From an uncultured Gemmatimonadales bacterium (GTDB taxonomy: Bacteria > Gemmatimonadota > Gemmatimonadetes > Gemmatimonadales > GWC2-71-9): a stretch of DNA of 64,000 nt. The notes under the pieces were generated by a model that did no database searches, had not been told where the DNA came from, and was given only the letters and a program-made list of their open reading frames with translations. Where the stretch lies: positions 64,001 through 128,000 of the forward strand of contig CAVVKJ010000009.1 in the NCBI GenBank assembly GCA_963748815.1, given 5' to 3'. A program made the translations under genes and the position numbers. Of this stretch, positions 39,361 through 49,401 are shown piece by piece. Positions within the stretch are counted from its first letter, which is position 1. Every line of letters begins with the position of its first letter.

Positions 39361-40698
39361 ATGGATCAATCTGTCGCCGCATCCGCGCTCGGCACCCTCC
39401 CCAGCGCCTTTGCGGCAGCCTGCCGACTCTCCCGCAACGACGCGGAGTTATTCGAGCGCTGCCGCGACGCCTTGGTCGGTCGCTTCAACTCCACCGCCAT
39501 CTGGTTCGACATCGCGACGCCCCACGGGGCGGTGCCGCGCATCGGCCCAGCGGACGAGACCGGCACGGCGGTGGCCGTGGCAAAGATCCGGAGCGGCGAG
39601 ACTGAAGTCGTCATCAGCGCGGGGCCGGAGCTGGCGGAACGGCTTCGGGTGGTGGCCCTGCCGCTGGCGCACGGGCTCTCGGTGGTCGTCGAGCTGCGCA
39701 GCGTGCTCATGGAGCGTCAGGCCGCGCTCGACGATGCCACCTTCCAGCTTCGCGCCCTCCGGCAGGTCGCCCGCCTCCTCAGTTCCGTGCATTCCTCGGC
39801 CGAAACCGAGCAGTTGATCCTCGACTTCATGGCCGAAGTGTTCTTCACCTGGTGGGCCTGCCTCCTGCGGCCGACCGGCGACAACTACGAGCCCCGCATC
39901 TTCCGCTCGCTCGACGACCGGATCCGTCCGGGCCCGATCGCGCGCGCCCTGCTCGACACCGTCCTGCCGACCGGCGCCGGTGCCACCGGCGGGCAGGAGA
40001 TCGCGGTCGCCGCCCTGGCGCCGATGACGACCGAAGTCGTCATCCCGCTCGACGCCGGCGCCGAGCGCCTCGCCGTCCTCCTGCTCGGCCCCCGGCTCAA
40101 CGACCGGCAGTACGGCCCCGCCGAGCTCGACCTGGCCGGGACGCTGTCGTTCGCCGCGGCCATCGCGCTCAAGAACGCGCACCTCGTCGAGCAGCTGCAG
40201 ACCGCCGCCAACACCGACGAGCTCACGGCGCTGATGAACCGGCGCGCCCTCGAGGAACGCCTCGGCGCCGAGCTCGCCCGGTCCACCCGGCACGAGCTCG
40301 ACACCACGATCATCATGCTCGACATCGACAACTTCAAGCTGGTCAACGACAGCGGCGGCCACGCCGCGGGCGACGAGTTGCTCCGCGCCGTCGGCCTCCT
40401 GCTCAAGCATCAGTGCCGCCAACCCGACGTCGTCGGGCGGCTCGGTGGGGACGAGTTCCTCGTCATGCTGCCGATGACCTCGCCGCGGGAGGCCATGGTG
40501 CTCGTCGGCCGGGTGCAGGCGGGACTCTCGGCGCTCGCCCCCCTCGGGCTGGGACACCAGATTTCCGTGAGCCTGGGCGTCGCCGCGGCGCCCCGGCACG
40601 GCACCACCGTCAGCAGCCTGATGGCCGCCGCCGACGCCGCGATGTACAAGGCGAAGCGCGCGGGCGGCAATCGCGCCGAGGTCGCCGGCGACTTCTAG
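39361..40698 (+). CDS. diguanylate cyclase with GAF-like sensor
   Basis: DELTALMNRR, DIDNFKLVND..GH..GD, RQPD I-site and GGDEF. Confidence 0.92.
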   Translation: MDQSVAASALGTLPSAFAAACRLSRNDAELFERCRDALVGRFNSTAIWFDIATPHGAVPRIGPADETGTAVAVAKIRSGETEVVISAGPELAERLRVVALPLAHGLSVVVELRSVLMERQAALDDATFQLRALRQVARLLSSVHSSAETEQLILDFMAEVFFTWWACLLRPTGDNYEPRIFRSLDDRIRPGPIARALLDTVLPTGAGATGGQEIAVAALAPMTTEVVIPLDAGAERLAVLLLGPRLNDRQYGPAELDLAGTLSFAAAIALKNAHLVEQLQTAANTDELTALMNRRALEERLGAELARSTRHELDTTIIMLDIDNFKLVNDSGGHAAGDELLRAVGLLLKHQCRQPDVVGRLGGDEFLVMLPMTSPREAMVLVGRVQAGLSALAPLGLGHQISVSLGVAAAPRHGTTVSSLMAAADAAMYKAKRAGGNRAEVAGDF

Positions 40699-40713
40699 CC
40701 GCGAGAGGCGTGC

Positions 40714-41256
40714 ATGTCAGATCCCGAGTTCATCCTGCTGGGCGACGCGGTCTGGATCGATTTCATCAACACCGCGCGCGGCCGAGAGCTCGACTCCCCC
40801 GACCGCCTCGCCGATCCCTCCGCGTACCACCGCTGGATCAAGGCCGAGAAGCTCAGCCCCGACGGCGATGACCTCTCCTGGGACCAGGTGCTCGCCTTCC
40901 GCGCCCGCCTCCTGAGCGTGGCGGCCGCCCTGGCCGAGGATCGCGCGCCCTCGGCCTCCGCCATTCACGAGATCAATCATTTGCTCGCTCGCATGGCAGG
41001 TCACCACCAGTTGACCCGCGTGGGCGGCAGCTGGCACCTGGCCTTCGCCCCGGCCCGGACGGCGACGGCGCTGGAGGCGATCGCAGGGAGCGCGGCCCAG
41101 ACGCTCGCCGATTCCGCGGCCCGGGTCCGCCACTGCCGGGCGGAACCGTGCTCGCTCTTCTTCGTCGATCGCTCGCCCGGACAGGGCCGGACGTGGTGCA
41201 GCGCCGAGCCGGGCGCCCATGCCGTGCGCCCCGACCGCCGCCGGGCTGTGCACTGA
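40714..41256 (+). CDS. ABATE/CGNR zinc-finger family protein
   Basis: WIDFINT and RHCRAEPCSLFFVDRS...RTWCS; the terminal CGNR cysteine is missing. Confidence 0.75.
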   Translation: MSDPEFILLGDAVWIDFINTARGRELDSPDRLADPSAYHRWIKAEKLSPDGDDLSWDQVLAFRARLLSVAAALAEDRAPSASAIHEINHLLARMAGHHQLTRVGGSWHLAFAPARTATALEAIAGSAAQTLADSAARVRHCRAEPCSLFFVDRSPGQGRTWCSAEPGAHAVRPDRRRAVH

Positions 41257-41268
41257 CGCCACGATGCC

Positions 41269-43032
41269 ATGTCACTGACTGACCCCGGCCTGTACGCCGA
41301 ACGCACCCAGGCCGCGCTGGGGCACCGCTACCGGCTCGATCAGTTGGTGGCGGCCTCGCGCGAGCGGGTGCTCTTCCACGCGTACGACCTGACCCTGAAG
41401 CGGCGCGTGAGCCTTCGGGTCAACATGTACCCGGACAGCATCCTGCGCGGCTGGTTCCTGCGGGAGGCCGAGGCGCTGGCCCAGCTCGACCACCCGGCGA
41501 TCCGGCACGTGTACGACGCCGGCATCATCGGCGACCTCGCCTTCCGGGCCGGGAGCTGGATCGAGGGGGAGAGCGCCTATGACGCGGTCCAGCGCGGGCC
41601 GCGGCCCATCCCGACGGTACACGCGTTGGCGCGGGACATCCTGGCGGCGCTGGATCACGCGCACAGCCGCGGGATGATCGTCCGACGTATCGTCCCGGCC
41701 TCGCTCCTGCTCGGACCCACCGGGCGCGGCACCGTCACCGACCTGCGCTTCTGCAGCTACACCCTCTCGACCATTCCTCCGGGCCACGAACCGACCGGTC
41801 TCGAGTTCATGGCCCCGGAGGTCCGCGACGGCTCGCGTGGCGACCCCGCCAGCGACGTCTTCACCGCGGGCGCGATTCTCTACTACGCCATCACCGGCCG
41901 GGAGCCGCCGCTGGACGCGCGACACGTCGAGCGCCCTTCCCTGGTCCGCCCGACCTGCCCGAAGGCCTTCGACCGCATCCTGCTCCGCGCCCTCCGCGAG
42001 GCGCCCGACGACCGCTACCTCACCCCTGCGGAAATGCTGGAGGATTTCGCCTCCGACGCAGGGACCTACGAGAGCCCCGCGGTCTCGCCCGGCGACTTCG
42101 CGCCGCCGCAGGACACCGAGCACTGGGAGAAGCGGCTGCGCCGCGCCCTCGGCGACGACTACGAGCTCTTCGAAGCCCTCGGCGCCGGCGGGTTCGGCCG
42201 GGTCTACCGCGTCCGCGACCTGCACCTCGAGCGCGAAGTGGCGCTGAAGGTCCTGCATCCCTTCCTGACCGCCGAACCGCCCGTCGTGGAACGATTCCGC
42301 CGGGAAGCCCAGCTCGCCGCCCGGCTGCACCACCCCAACATCGTGGACATCTACGACATCGCCGGCCGGGCCGGCCTGCTCTGGTACACCATGGAATACG
42401 TCAAGGGGCCGAACCTCGCCCAGCTGGTGGAGCGCGAAGGCCCCTTCCCCCTGGACCTCGTCCTCCAGATGCTGCACCAGGCGCTGCTCGCCCTGGCCCA
42501 CGCCCACGGCGCCGGACTGGTCCACCGCGACATCAAGCCGGAGAACCTCCTCCTCGCCCCGGACGGAACGCTCCGCATCACCGATTTCGGCCTGGCCCTC
42601 GCCCTGCGCGGGGAAGGCCGGTTTGGCGGCGCCACCAGCCAGAGCGGCACGCCGCAGTTCGCCAGCCCCGAGCAGCTCCTCGGCGAACGGGTGGACCAGC
42701 GGAGCGACTTCTACAGCCTGGCGGCGGTCGCGTATTTCGTCCTGATGGGGGAAACCCCCTTCCCGGGCGGGACACCGGAGCAGATACTCGCGCGCCAGAC
42801 CGCCGATCGGTTTCCCGACCTGCGCGCCAAGCGACCGGATGTGCCCGAGGCGCTCGAAATGGTCCTCCAGCGCGCGCTCCGGAACGAAGTCGAGGCGCGC
42901 TACCCCTCGGCGGCGGAGTTCCTGCAGGCGCTCCAGCGGGCCATGGGCCGCAAGGTCCGCGAGCGCAGCGGCGAGTGGGCCCGCGCGGCCGCCCGCTGGT
43001 GGCGCGGCGGGGGCTCGACCGGTTCCTCTTGA
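41269..43032 (+). CDS. tandem pseudokinase plus Ser/Thr protein kinase
   Basis: The C-terminal domain has [18 protein letters not shown] and DFG; the N-terminal domain has VSLR, VRR and DLR at those positions. Confidence 0.9.
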   Translation: MSLTDPGLYAERTQAALGHRYRLDQLVAASRERVLFHAYDLTLKRRVSLRVNMYPDSILRGWFLREAEALAQLDHPAIRHVYDAGIIGDLAFRAGSWIEGESAYDAVQRGPRPIPTVHALARDILAALDHAHSRGMIVRRIVPASLLLGPTGRGTVTDLRFCSYTLSTIPPGHEPTGLEFMAPEVRDGSRGDPASDVFTAGAILYYAITGREPPLDARHVERPSLVRPTCPKAFDRILLRALREAPDDRYLTPAEMLEDFASDAGTYESPAVSPGDFAPPQDTEHWEKRLRRALGDDYELFEALGAGGFGRVYRVRDLHLEREVALKVLHPFLTAEPPVVERFRREAQLAARLHHPNIVDIYDIAGRAGLLWYTMEYVKGPNLAQLVEREGPFPLDLVLQMLHQALLALAHAHGAGLVHRDIKPENLLLAPDGTLRITDFGLALALRGEGRFGGATSQSGTPQFASPEQLLGERVDQRSDFYSLAAVAYFVLMGETPFPGGTPEQILARQTADRFPDLRAKRPDVPEALEMVLQRALRNEVEARYPSAAEFLQALQRAMGRKVRERSGEWARAAARWWRGGGSTGSS

Positions 43033-43132
43033 CTTGACCGCGAATTATCGGGAAATTGTCCGGGCCACACCGGCAAGCCGCCCGGGGCATCCTGTCCGGG
43101 CGTATGGACACACCACACTGGAGTTTGGACTC

Positions 43133-43342
43133 ATGGCACGCACAACCGGCACCGTGAAGTGGTTCAACGACGCGAAGGGCTTCGGCTTCATCACCCCCGA
43201 GAGCGGCGAGAAGGACTGCTTCGTCCACCACACGGCCATCTCGGCCGAGGGCTTCCGCAGCCTCGCCGAAGGCGACAAGGTCGAGTTCGACATTGTTCAG
43301 GGCGCCAAGGGCCCAGCGGCCGAGAACGTCACCAAGGTCTAG
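43133..43342 (+). CDS. cspA: cold-shock protein
   Basis: [18 protein letters not shown]...FVHHTAI. Confidence 0.96.
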   Translation: MARTTGTVKWFNDAKGFGFITPESGEKDCFVHHTAISAEGFRSLAEGDKVEFDIVQGAKGPAAENVTKV

Positions 43343-43369
43343 CTCCAGAGAGCAGGGACCGAAACGTCA

Positions 43370-43404
43370 GCGGGCCGCTCCAAGGGAGCGGCCCGCGTCG
43401 TTTT
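43370..43404. terminator. intrinsic terminator between csp and infA
   Basis: gcgggccgctcc-aag-ggagcggcccgc followed by gtcgtttt. Confidence 0.7.
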
Positions 43405-43423
43405 CAGGAGTTGCAGTGGCCAA

Positions 43424-43642
43424 CTACTTGTGTCGGTAGGTCACGCGTCCGCGGGTCAGGTCGTACGGCGAGAGCACCACGCTGACTCGGTCGCCCTCGA
43501 GGACCCGGATCTTGAACTTGCTCATCTTGCCGGCGGCGTACGCCAGGATCGAATGGCCGTTCTCCAGCAGCACCCGGTAATTGCGATCGGGGAGGACTTC
43601 CGTCACGACCCCTTCCATCTCGATGCCTTCTTCTTTCGCCAT
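43424..43642 (-). CDS. infA: translation initiation factor IF-1
   Basis: [11 protein letters not shown]...[21 protein letters not shown]. Confidence 0.97.
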   Translation of the reverse strand: MAKEEGIEMEGVVTEVLPDRNYRVLLENGHSILAYAAGKMSKFKIRVLEGDRVSVVLSPYDLTRGRVTYRHK

Positions 43643-43740
43643 CCAAGCCACTCCACTGTTGGGACACTGGCGGCCAGCGATCCAGGCCGCTCCGGGAACG
43701 CGGGGAATCTTGCCCCGCGGACGCCATTAAGCAACAGCCG

Positions 43741-45456
43741 TTACGCCCCCCCGAGGACCCGCAGTTCGTCCTCCACCAGGACGACCAGCTCCCGGATCAG
43801 CTCCCGGTCGGCCCCGAATCGGGCCCCGGCGCGGGCGTACATCGCCGGCAGGCCGACGGTGCAGCCCAGCGCCAGCGCCTCACGGTAGTCCCGGACGGCG
43901 CCCGCCTGGTCGGCCCGGCTGCGGCGCCAGATCTGCAGCGCGCCGAGCTGCGCCAGGCCGTACTCGATGTAGTAGAACGGATAGAGGAAGATGTGGAGCT
44001 GGCGATACCAGCGCGCCAGGCGCTCGTCCTCCAGCCCGGACCAGTCGACCCCGGCCTGGAAACGCTCCCGCAGGCGATGCCAGGCCTCGTCCCGGGCCGA
44101 CGCGTCGTCGCCGTGGCCGCTGGTGTAGATCCAGCGCTGGAAGGCGTCGACCGCCGCGACGTGCGCGAGCGTCATGAGGACCTCCTCGAGGTGCTCAATC
44201 CGCGCGAGCCGCAGCTCCTCGGCCGAGGCCATCCCGCCCGGTTCCGCCAGGTAGGGCGCCGCGAGCAGCTCCATCGACATCGAGGCGAGTTCTGCCGACT
44301 CCGAACCGACATAGCGCTGCCAGAGCAACGGCTGACGGTGCGAGGCGAAGGCGTGAAACGAATGCCCGGCCTCGTGGAGCAACGTGTTGACGTCGTCGAG
44401 CAGGCCGACCGCATTCATGTGAATGAAGGGACGCCCGCGGAAATGCAGCGTTTCGCAGTAGCCGCCGGGCGCCTTGCCGGCGCGGCTCTCGAGATCGAGC
44501 AGCCGCTCGCCCCGCATCAGGTCGAATTCGGCTCCCAGCTCCGGAGCCACCGCATGGAACACCCGCGACGCCTTTTCCACGAGGTCGGCCGAGTCCCGGA
44601 ACGGGCGCAGCGGCGGCCGGCCCGACGGATCGACATCCAGGTCCCAGGGCCGGAGCACGTCCAGCCCGAGCGCCGCCCGTCGGCGCTCGAGGATCCGCGC
44701 CACCGCGGGCACCACCTCCGCCTCCACCGCGTCGTGAAACCGGGTCACGTCCTCGGGAGTGTAGTCGAAGCGGCACTTGGCGGCGTAGCTGTAGGCCTCG
44801 AAGTCCGCGAAGCCGGAGTTTCGTGCCACCCGCTGACGGCGCTCGTACATCTCCGTGAAGAGGTCGGAGAGTTCCGCACGCAGCGCAATGTAGGGCGCGC
44901 CCATGGTCCGGAAGGCGCGCTCCCGGATGGCCCGGTCGGGGCTCTTGAGGAACGGCCCGATCTGCGGCAGCGTCCGGGTCTCGCCCTCCCACTCGACGGT
45001 GATGCCACCGGTCAGCCGCTGGTACTTGGCGGACAGCTCCTCCAGCTCGCTGAAGAGCGGGAGGTTTTCCTCGCGGAAGATCTCGATCTGGGAGCGGAAT
45101 CGCTTCAGGACCACGTCGAGGTCGGGGCGGCTGAAACCCGTCTCGAGGAGCCGCCGCGCCAAACGCACACCCTGCTCTTCCAATTGCGGGAAGATTTCCG
45201 CCGAGAAGCGGAGATGTGCCGCTTCTTTGGCGGAATCGCGGGTGTCGCCGGTGTAGGCGATCATCGCCTCGGCCGCCGCCTCGGTGACCAGTTCCTCGAG
45301 GCGCGACCAGGCCGCCAGCCAGGGTCCGACCGAGTCGGTGTCGAGCGGGACCGTGGCCAGCGCCTCGTACCAGGGGAGGATGGCGCCCCAGCTGGCGTCG
45401 GCGAAGGCGGCCGGCGACTCGGGAAGGACGGGAAGCGTCACGGAAATTTCTGACAT
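43741..45456 (-). CDS. M3-family oligoendopeptidase
   Basis: GKAPGGYC, LLHEAGHSFH, AELASMSME and HIFLYPFYYIEY. Confidence 0.92.
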   Translation of the reverse strand: MSEISVTLPVLPESPAAFADASWGAILPWYEALATVPLDTDSVGPWLAAWSRLEELVTEAAAEAMIAYTGDTRDSAKEAAHLRFSAEIFPQLEEQGVRLARRLLETGFSRPDLDVVLKRFRSQIEIFREENLPLFSELEELSAKYQRLTGGITVEWEGETRTLPQIGPFLKSPDRAIRERAFRTMGAPYIALRAELSDLFTEMYERRQRVARNSGFADFEAYSYAAKCRFDYTPEDVTRFHDAVEAEVVPAVARILERRRAALGLDVLRPWDLDVDPSGRPPLRPFRDSADLVEKASRVFHAVAPELGAEFDLMRGERLLDLESRAGKAPGGYCETLHFRGRPFIHMNAVGLLDDVNTLLHEAGHSFHAFASHRQPLLWQRYVGSESAELASMSMELLAAPYLAEPGGMASAEELRLARIEHLEEVLMTLAHVAAVDAFQRWIYTSGHGDDASARDEAWHRLRERFQAGVDWSGLEDERLARWYRQLHIFLYPFYYIEYGLAQLGALQIWRRSRADQAGAVRDYREALALGCTVGLPAMYARAGARFGADRELIRELVVLVEDELRVLGGA

Positions 45457-46670
45457 CAGGCGCCTGCCGGTGTGGGCTCGGCCACCGGACCGAGCCGGAA
45501 AGCCAGGATGCTGACGAGGGCCACCGTGGCCGCCGCCATGTAGAAGGGCCAGTCGTGGCCGTAGTCCTGAAAGGCCCGCGTCGCGAGGATGGGGGCGATG
45601 ACCCGGGCGATGCCCGCAAAGGTCTGCGCCGAGCCCATCACCGTGCCAAGCTCCGATTTATCGGCGGCGCGCGACATCAGCGCCGTCGTGGATGGGAACA
45701 ATAACGCGGTCCCGATGGGCACAAAGGGGATAATCAACGCCAAACCCCAGAGCGTGGAGACCGCTGGATACAGCAGGAGACCGATGATCAGGCAGCCCCC
45801 ACCGATGCGCATCGCCCACGCCTCCCCGACCCGATCGACGATCGGGCCGAGAAAGATCGAGCGCATGATCAGCGACAGGGCCCCCACGTACAGGAAGAAA
45901 TATCCGATCGTCTTTTCGGTGACGCCGTATTCGGCGCCGAGGAAGAGCGGCAGCACCGACGTGAGGCAGGTGAACGCCAGCATCCCGACTGCGTAGATCC
46001 AGACCAGCCGGGCCACCGTCGTGCCCGGGCGGCGGAAGACCTGCCACGCCGCGTGCCAGACCGGTTTCCTGGTGGGGGCGTGGCTTCCGGGCCGGCGGCT
46101 CTCCGGCAGGAATTTCCAGGCGAAGATGACATTCGCGACGCAGAGTCCCGCAGCCACGAAGCCGGGGGCTGCTCGCCCCCAATGCGCGGCGAGCGAGCCG
46201 ACCACCGGCCCGATCATCACGCCGAGCGACGTGGCTGCGGAGAGCCAGCCGAGCGCGCGGGCGCGCCCCGCGGCCGGGATCGAATCGGCGACGTACGCCT
46301 GCGCCACGCCCGTCGTGCCCCCGCCCGCGCCCTGGATGATCCGGGAGAGGAAGAGCCAGGCCACGGTGTTCGCCAGTCCGAAGGCCACGTAGGCCACCGC
46401 CGACGCGGAAAGGCCGATCAGCAGCGCCGGGCGGCGTCCGTAGCGGTCCGAGACCCTGCCCCAGAGCGGCGCGGAGATCAGCTGCGCGATCGAGAACGAG
46501 GCGATGATCCACCCGATCGTCGCATAGCTGGCGTTGAGGTTCTCGGCGTAGAACGGCAGCAGCGGGAGGACGATGGCGAAGCCGATCATGTCCACGGCGC
46601 TCGCCGCAATCAGCACCAGCAGCTTGCGGAGGTCAGACCCGTCGAGGGGTGGTGCGGCGACCTTGCTCAT
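45456..46670 (-). CDS. MFS transporter (TetA/DHA1-like)
   Basis: Motif A GRVSDRYGRRP and multiple TM helices. Confidence 0.9.
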   Translation of the reverse strand: MSKVAAPPLDGSDLRKLLVLIAASAVDMIGFAIVLPLLPFYAENLNASYATIGWIIASFSIAQLISAPLWGRVSDRYGRRPALLIGLSASAVAYVAFGLANTVAWLFLSRIIQGAGGGTTGVAQAYVADSIPAAGRARALGWLSAATSLGVMIGPVVGSLAAHWGRAAPGFVAAGLCVANVIFAWKFLPESRRPGSHAPTRKPVWHAAWQVFRRPGTTVARLVWIYAVGMLAFTCLTSVLPLFLGAEYGVTEKTIGYFFLYVGALSLIMRSIFLGPIVDRVGEAWAMRIGGGCLIIGLLLYPAVSTLWGLALIIPFVPIGTALLFPSTTALMSRAADKSELGTVMGSAQTFAGIARVIAPILATRAFQDYGHDWPFYMAAATVALVSILAFRLGPVAEPTPAGA

Positions 46671-48325
46671 CCCCGAGCCTCCCCGCGCGCGCCCAGGGCG
46701 AAGACCGCCGCGCTCGCGATCATCAGCAGCACGCCGTACGCGGCGGCGACCCCCATGTCACCCTGCCGGAGGCTGCCGAGGATCTCGAGGGAAATGGGCC
46801 GGGTGTCGTACGTGTAGAGCATGATGGAGGTCACGAAGTCGCCGAGAGAAGTGACGAAGGCCAGGGTGGCGCCGGCGGCGAGCGCCGGCGCGAGTCCCGG
46901 AAGGATGACGCGACGGAGGGTGCGCAGCCGCCCGGCCCCGAGCGAGGCGGACGCCTCCTCCAGCGACGCGTCGAGCTGCCGGAAGCCCGCCAGCACCGCG
47001 CGCCCGGCGATCGGCAGGTTCCGCACCAGGTAGGCCAGCGGGAGGATCCACGCCGTGCCGACGAGCACAGTTCGCAGGGTGAGCGGGGAGTGCACGCTGA
47101 AGAGTGCGGCGAGCGCGATGGCGAAGACCGTCCCTGGCACCGCCCACGGAAGCCCGAGCAAGCCCTCGATCAGCCGGCCGGCCCGGACACGCCGGCGGAC
47201 CACGAGCGACCCGGCCGTCAGCGCCACGGCGACAGCCGCCAGCGTGGCGGCGGTGGCCATCCAGAGGCTGTTGAAGAGCGGCCGGAACCGCTCCGGCTCC
47301 GAGAACAGGGCCGCGTAGTTGCCGGGAGAGAACTCGGGCGGCCATGGCTCGGTGGTCCAGGTGCCCACGGGGACGAACGAGACCAGCAGCAGCGTCAGGT
47401 GCGGGAGCAGGAGCAGGGCGGCAAGCACCCAGGCCGCCACCGCAATCCCGGCGCGGGCCCGCGCGCTGCCGGCCCGGGCCAGCGAGGGAGCGGTCCCCTT
47501 CCCCACGCCCGCGAGGGAGCCGCCGGGGTCGGCGCGCCGAAAGAGCGCCATCGCGCCGAGCGCCAGGAGCATCAGCGCCGCGGTTTCGACCATGGCGAGT
47601 CGGTCGTCGCCGTTGAGACGGGTGAAGACGATCTGCGTCGTCATGACCCGGTAGCCCCCGCCGAAGATGTACGGCGCGCTGAACGAGGCGAGCGAGGTCA
47701 TGAAGGTCAGGAGCGCCGCGCCGGCGATGGCGGGGCGGAGGTGCGGGAGGATGACCTGGACCAGCGTCCGCCAGCGGCCCGCGCCGAGCGCCGAGGCGGC
47801 CTCCAGCATGGCCCCGTCGAGCCGCGAGAGAGCCGCGCGGCAGAAGAGGTAGAAGTAGACGTACATCGAGTAGGCGTGCACCAGCAGGATCGCGCCAGGG
47901 CCGGACAGCCGCCACGGCGGGTTCTCGAGTCCAAGCACGTACTGGACGAAGCGCCCGATGAACCCCGTTTCTCCGTAGAGAAAGAGGAATGCGACCACGC
48001 CGACCAGCGGCGGGAGCACGGCGGGGAGCGCGACGAGCATGCCCAGCAGCTTGCGGCCGGGAAAATCCACCCGCTCGAAGAGGAAGGCCAGCGGCACGCC
48101 GACGGCGCCGGCCAGCACCACGCTGGCCAGGGAGAGCCAGAGGCTCGCCCACAGCGCCTGCCACTCGGTGGATCGCCCGGCAAACCGGCGGATCTCGTCG
48201 AGCGTCCAGCCGGTGGAATTGCGCACACCCTCGATGAGCACCAGCGCCAGCGGGTACGCCACCAGCCAGACCAGCGCGGCCACCAGGAGCCAGCCCAGCC
48301 ACGTCGCGCGGCGCGAGGAAGTCAT
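46667..48325 (-). CDS. Fe3+/thiamine-type ABC permease (duplicated domain)
   Basis: Two EAA loops (LEAASALGA and EEASASLGA). Confidence 0.88.
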   Translation of the reverse strand: MTSSRRATWLGWLLVAALVWLVAYPLALVLIEGVRNSTGWTLDEIRRFAGRSTEWQALWASLWLSLASVVLAGAVGVPLAFLFERVDFPGRKLLGMLVALPAVLPPLVGVVAFLFLYGETGFIGRFVQYVLGLENPPWRLSGPGAILLVHAYSMYVYFYLFCRAALSRLDGAMLEAASALGAGRWRTLVQVILPHLRPAIAGAALLTFMTSLASFSAPYIFGGGYRVMTTQIVFTRLNGDDRLAMVETAALMLLALGAMALFRRADPGGSLAGVGKGTAPSLARAGSARARAGIAVAAWVLAALLLLPHLTLLLVSFVPVGTWTTEPWPPEFSPGNYAALFSEPERFRPLFNSLWMATAATLAAVAVALTAGSLVVRRRVRAGRLIEGLLGLPWAVPGTVFAIALAALFSVHSPLTLRTVLVGTAWILPLAYLVRNLPIAGRAVLAGFRQLDASLEEASASLGAGRLRTLRRVILPGLAPALAAGATLAFVTSLGDFVTSIMLYTYDTRPISLEILGSLRQGDMGVAAAYGVLLMIASAAVFALGARGEARG

Positions 48326-49371
48326 GGCGCCACCGGATAGAGGTGCATGCCGGTCCCCGTCGGCTCGACGCCGACGGCATCCCCTTCCCGGGCCGCGGCG
48401 GGCAGCCCCGCGACCTCCAGCACCAGCCCGCCGGGCGTCTCGACGGCGAAATACGCGACGGCGCCGGTGAAGCGCCGGTTGATGACCGTGCCCGTCACCC
48501 GGCCCGGTGCCGCCGTGGTGATCCGCAGGCCCTCCGGGCGCGCGAGGAGCCTGGCCGCGGCGCCGGGCGTCGCGACGCCCGGCCCGCCCCAGCGGGTCGG
48601 CCAGATGCAGTCCTGTACCCTCGCCTCCCGGTCGGAAATCACCGTCGCGGGGACCTCGCTGGCGCGGCCGATGAACGCGGCGACGAAGGACGACGCCGGC
48701 AGGGCGTACAGGTCATCCGCGGTGCCCAGTTGTTCGAGGTGCCCGTTGCGGAGGAGCGCGATCCGGTCGCCAAGATCGAATGCATCTTCCTGCTCGTGCG
48801 TTACCACCACCGCGGTGATGCCGAGGCGATGCACCAGCATGCGAAGCTCGCGGCGGGTGCGCTCGCGGAGTGCCGGGTCGAGATTCGAGAGGGGCTCGTC
48901 GAGGAGCAGCACGCTCGGCTCCGGGGCGAGCGCGCGCGCCAGGGCCACGCGCTGCTGCTGCCCGCCCGAAAGATTGGCCACCGGCCGCCGCTCGAAGCCC
49001 GTCATGTCGACCAGCGCGAGCGCCTCGGCGACCCGCCGGGAGAGTTCGGTGCCGCGCACCCCGCGACTCTCCAGCCCGAAGGCGACGTTCGCGCCGACGT
49101 CGAGGTGCGGGAAGAGCGCGTAGTGCTGGAACACCATGCCGAACCGCCGCGCCACCGGCGAAAGCCCCGTGACATCGCGCCCCTCCAGCACGACCCGGCC
49201 GGCGTCGGGCGACTCGAACCCGGCGAGCAGTCGCAGCGTCGTCGTCTTCCCGCTCCCGCTCGGCCCCAGCAGCGCCAGCACCTCCCCGCGCTCCAGCGTG
49301 AGCGAGAGCCCGTCGACGGCACGCTGCCCCTGGAATTGCTTGGTGAGCCCATCCAGTTCCAGAAACCCCAC
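48322..49371 (-). CDS. ABC ATP-binding subunit (FbpC/PotA-like)
   Basis: GPSGSGKT, LSGGQQQR and LLDEP; AAGGAG before GTG. Confidence 0.9.
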   Translation of the reverse strand: MGFLELDGLTKQFQGQRAVDGLSLTLERGEVLALLGPSGSGKTTTLRLLAGFESPDAGRVVLEGRDVTGLSPVARRFGMVFQHYALFPHLDVGANVAFGLESRGVRGTELSRRVAEALALVDMTGFERRPVANLSGGQQQRVALARALAPEPSVLLLDEPLSNLDPALRERTRRELRMLVHRLGITAVVVTHEQEDAFDLGDRIALLRNGHLEQLGTADDLYALPASSFVAAFIGRASEVPATVISDREARVQDCIWPTRWGGPGVATPGAAARLLARPEGLRITTAAPGRVTGTVINRRFTGAVAYFAVETPGGLVLEVAGLPAAAREGDAVGVEPTGTGMHLYPVAP

Positions 49372-49401
49372 GCACACTCCTTTGCCCTCAGTCCCCAGTC
49401 C

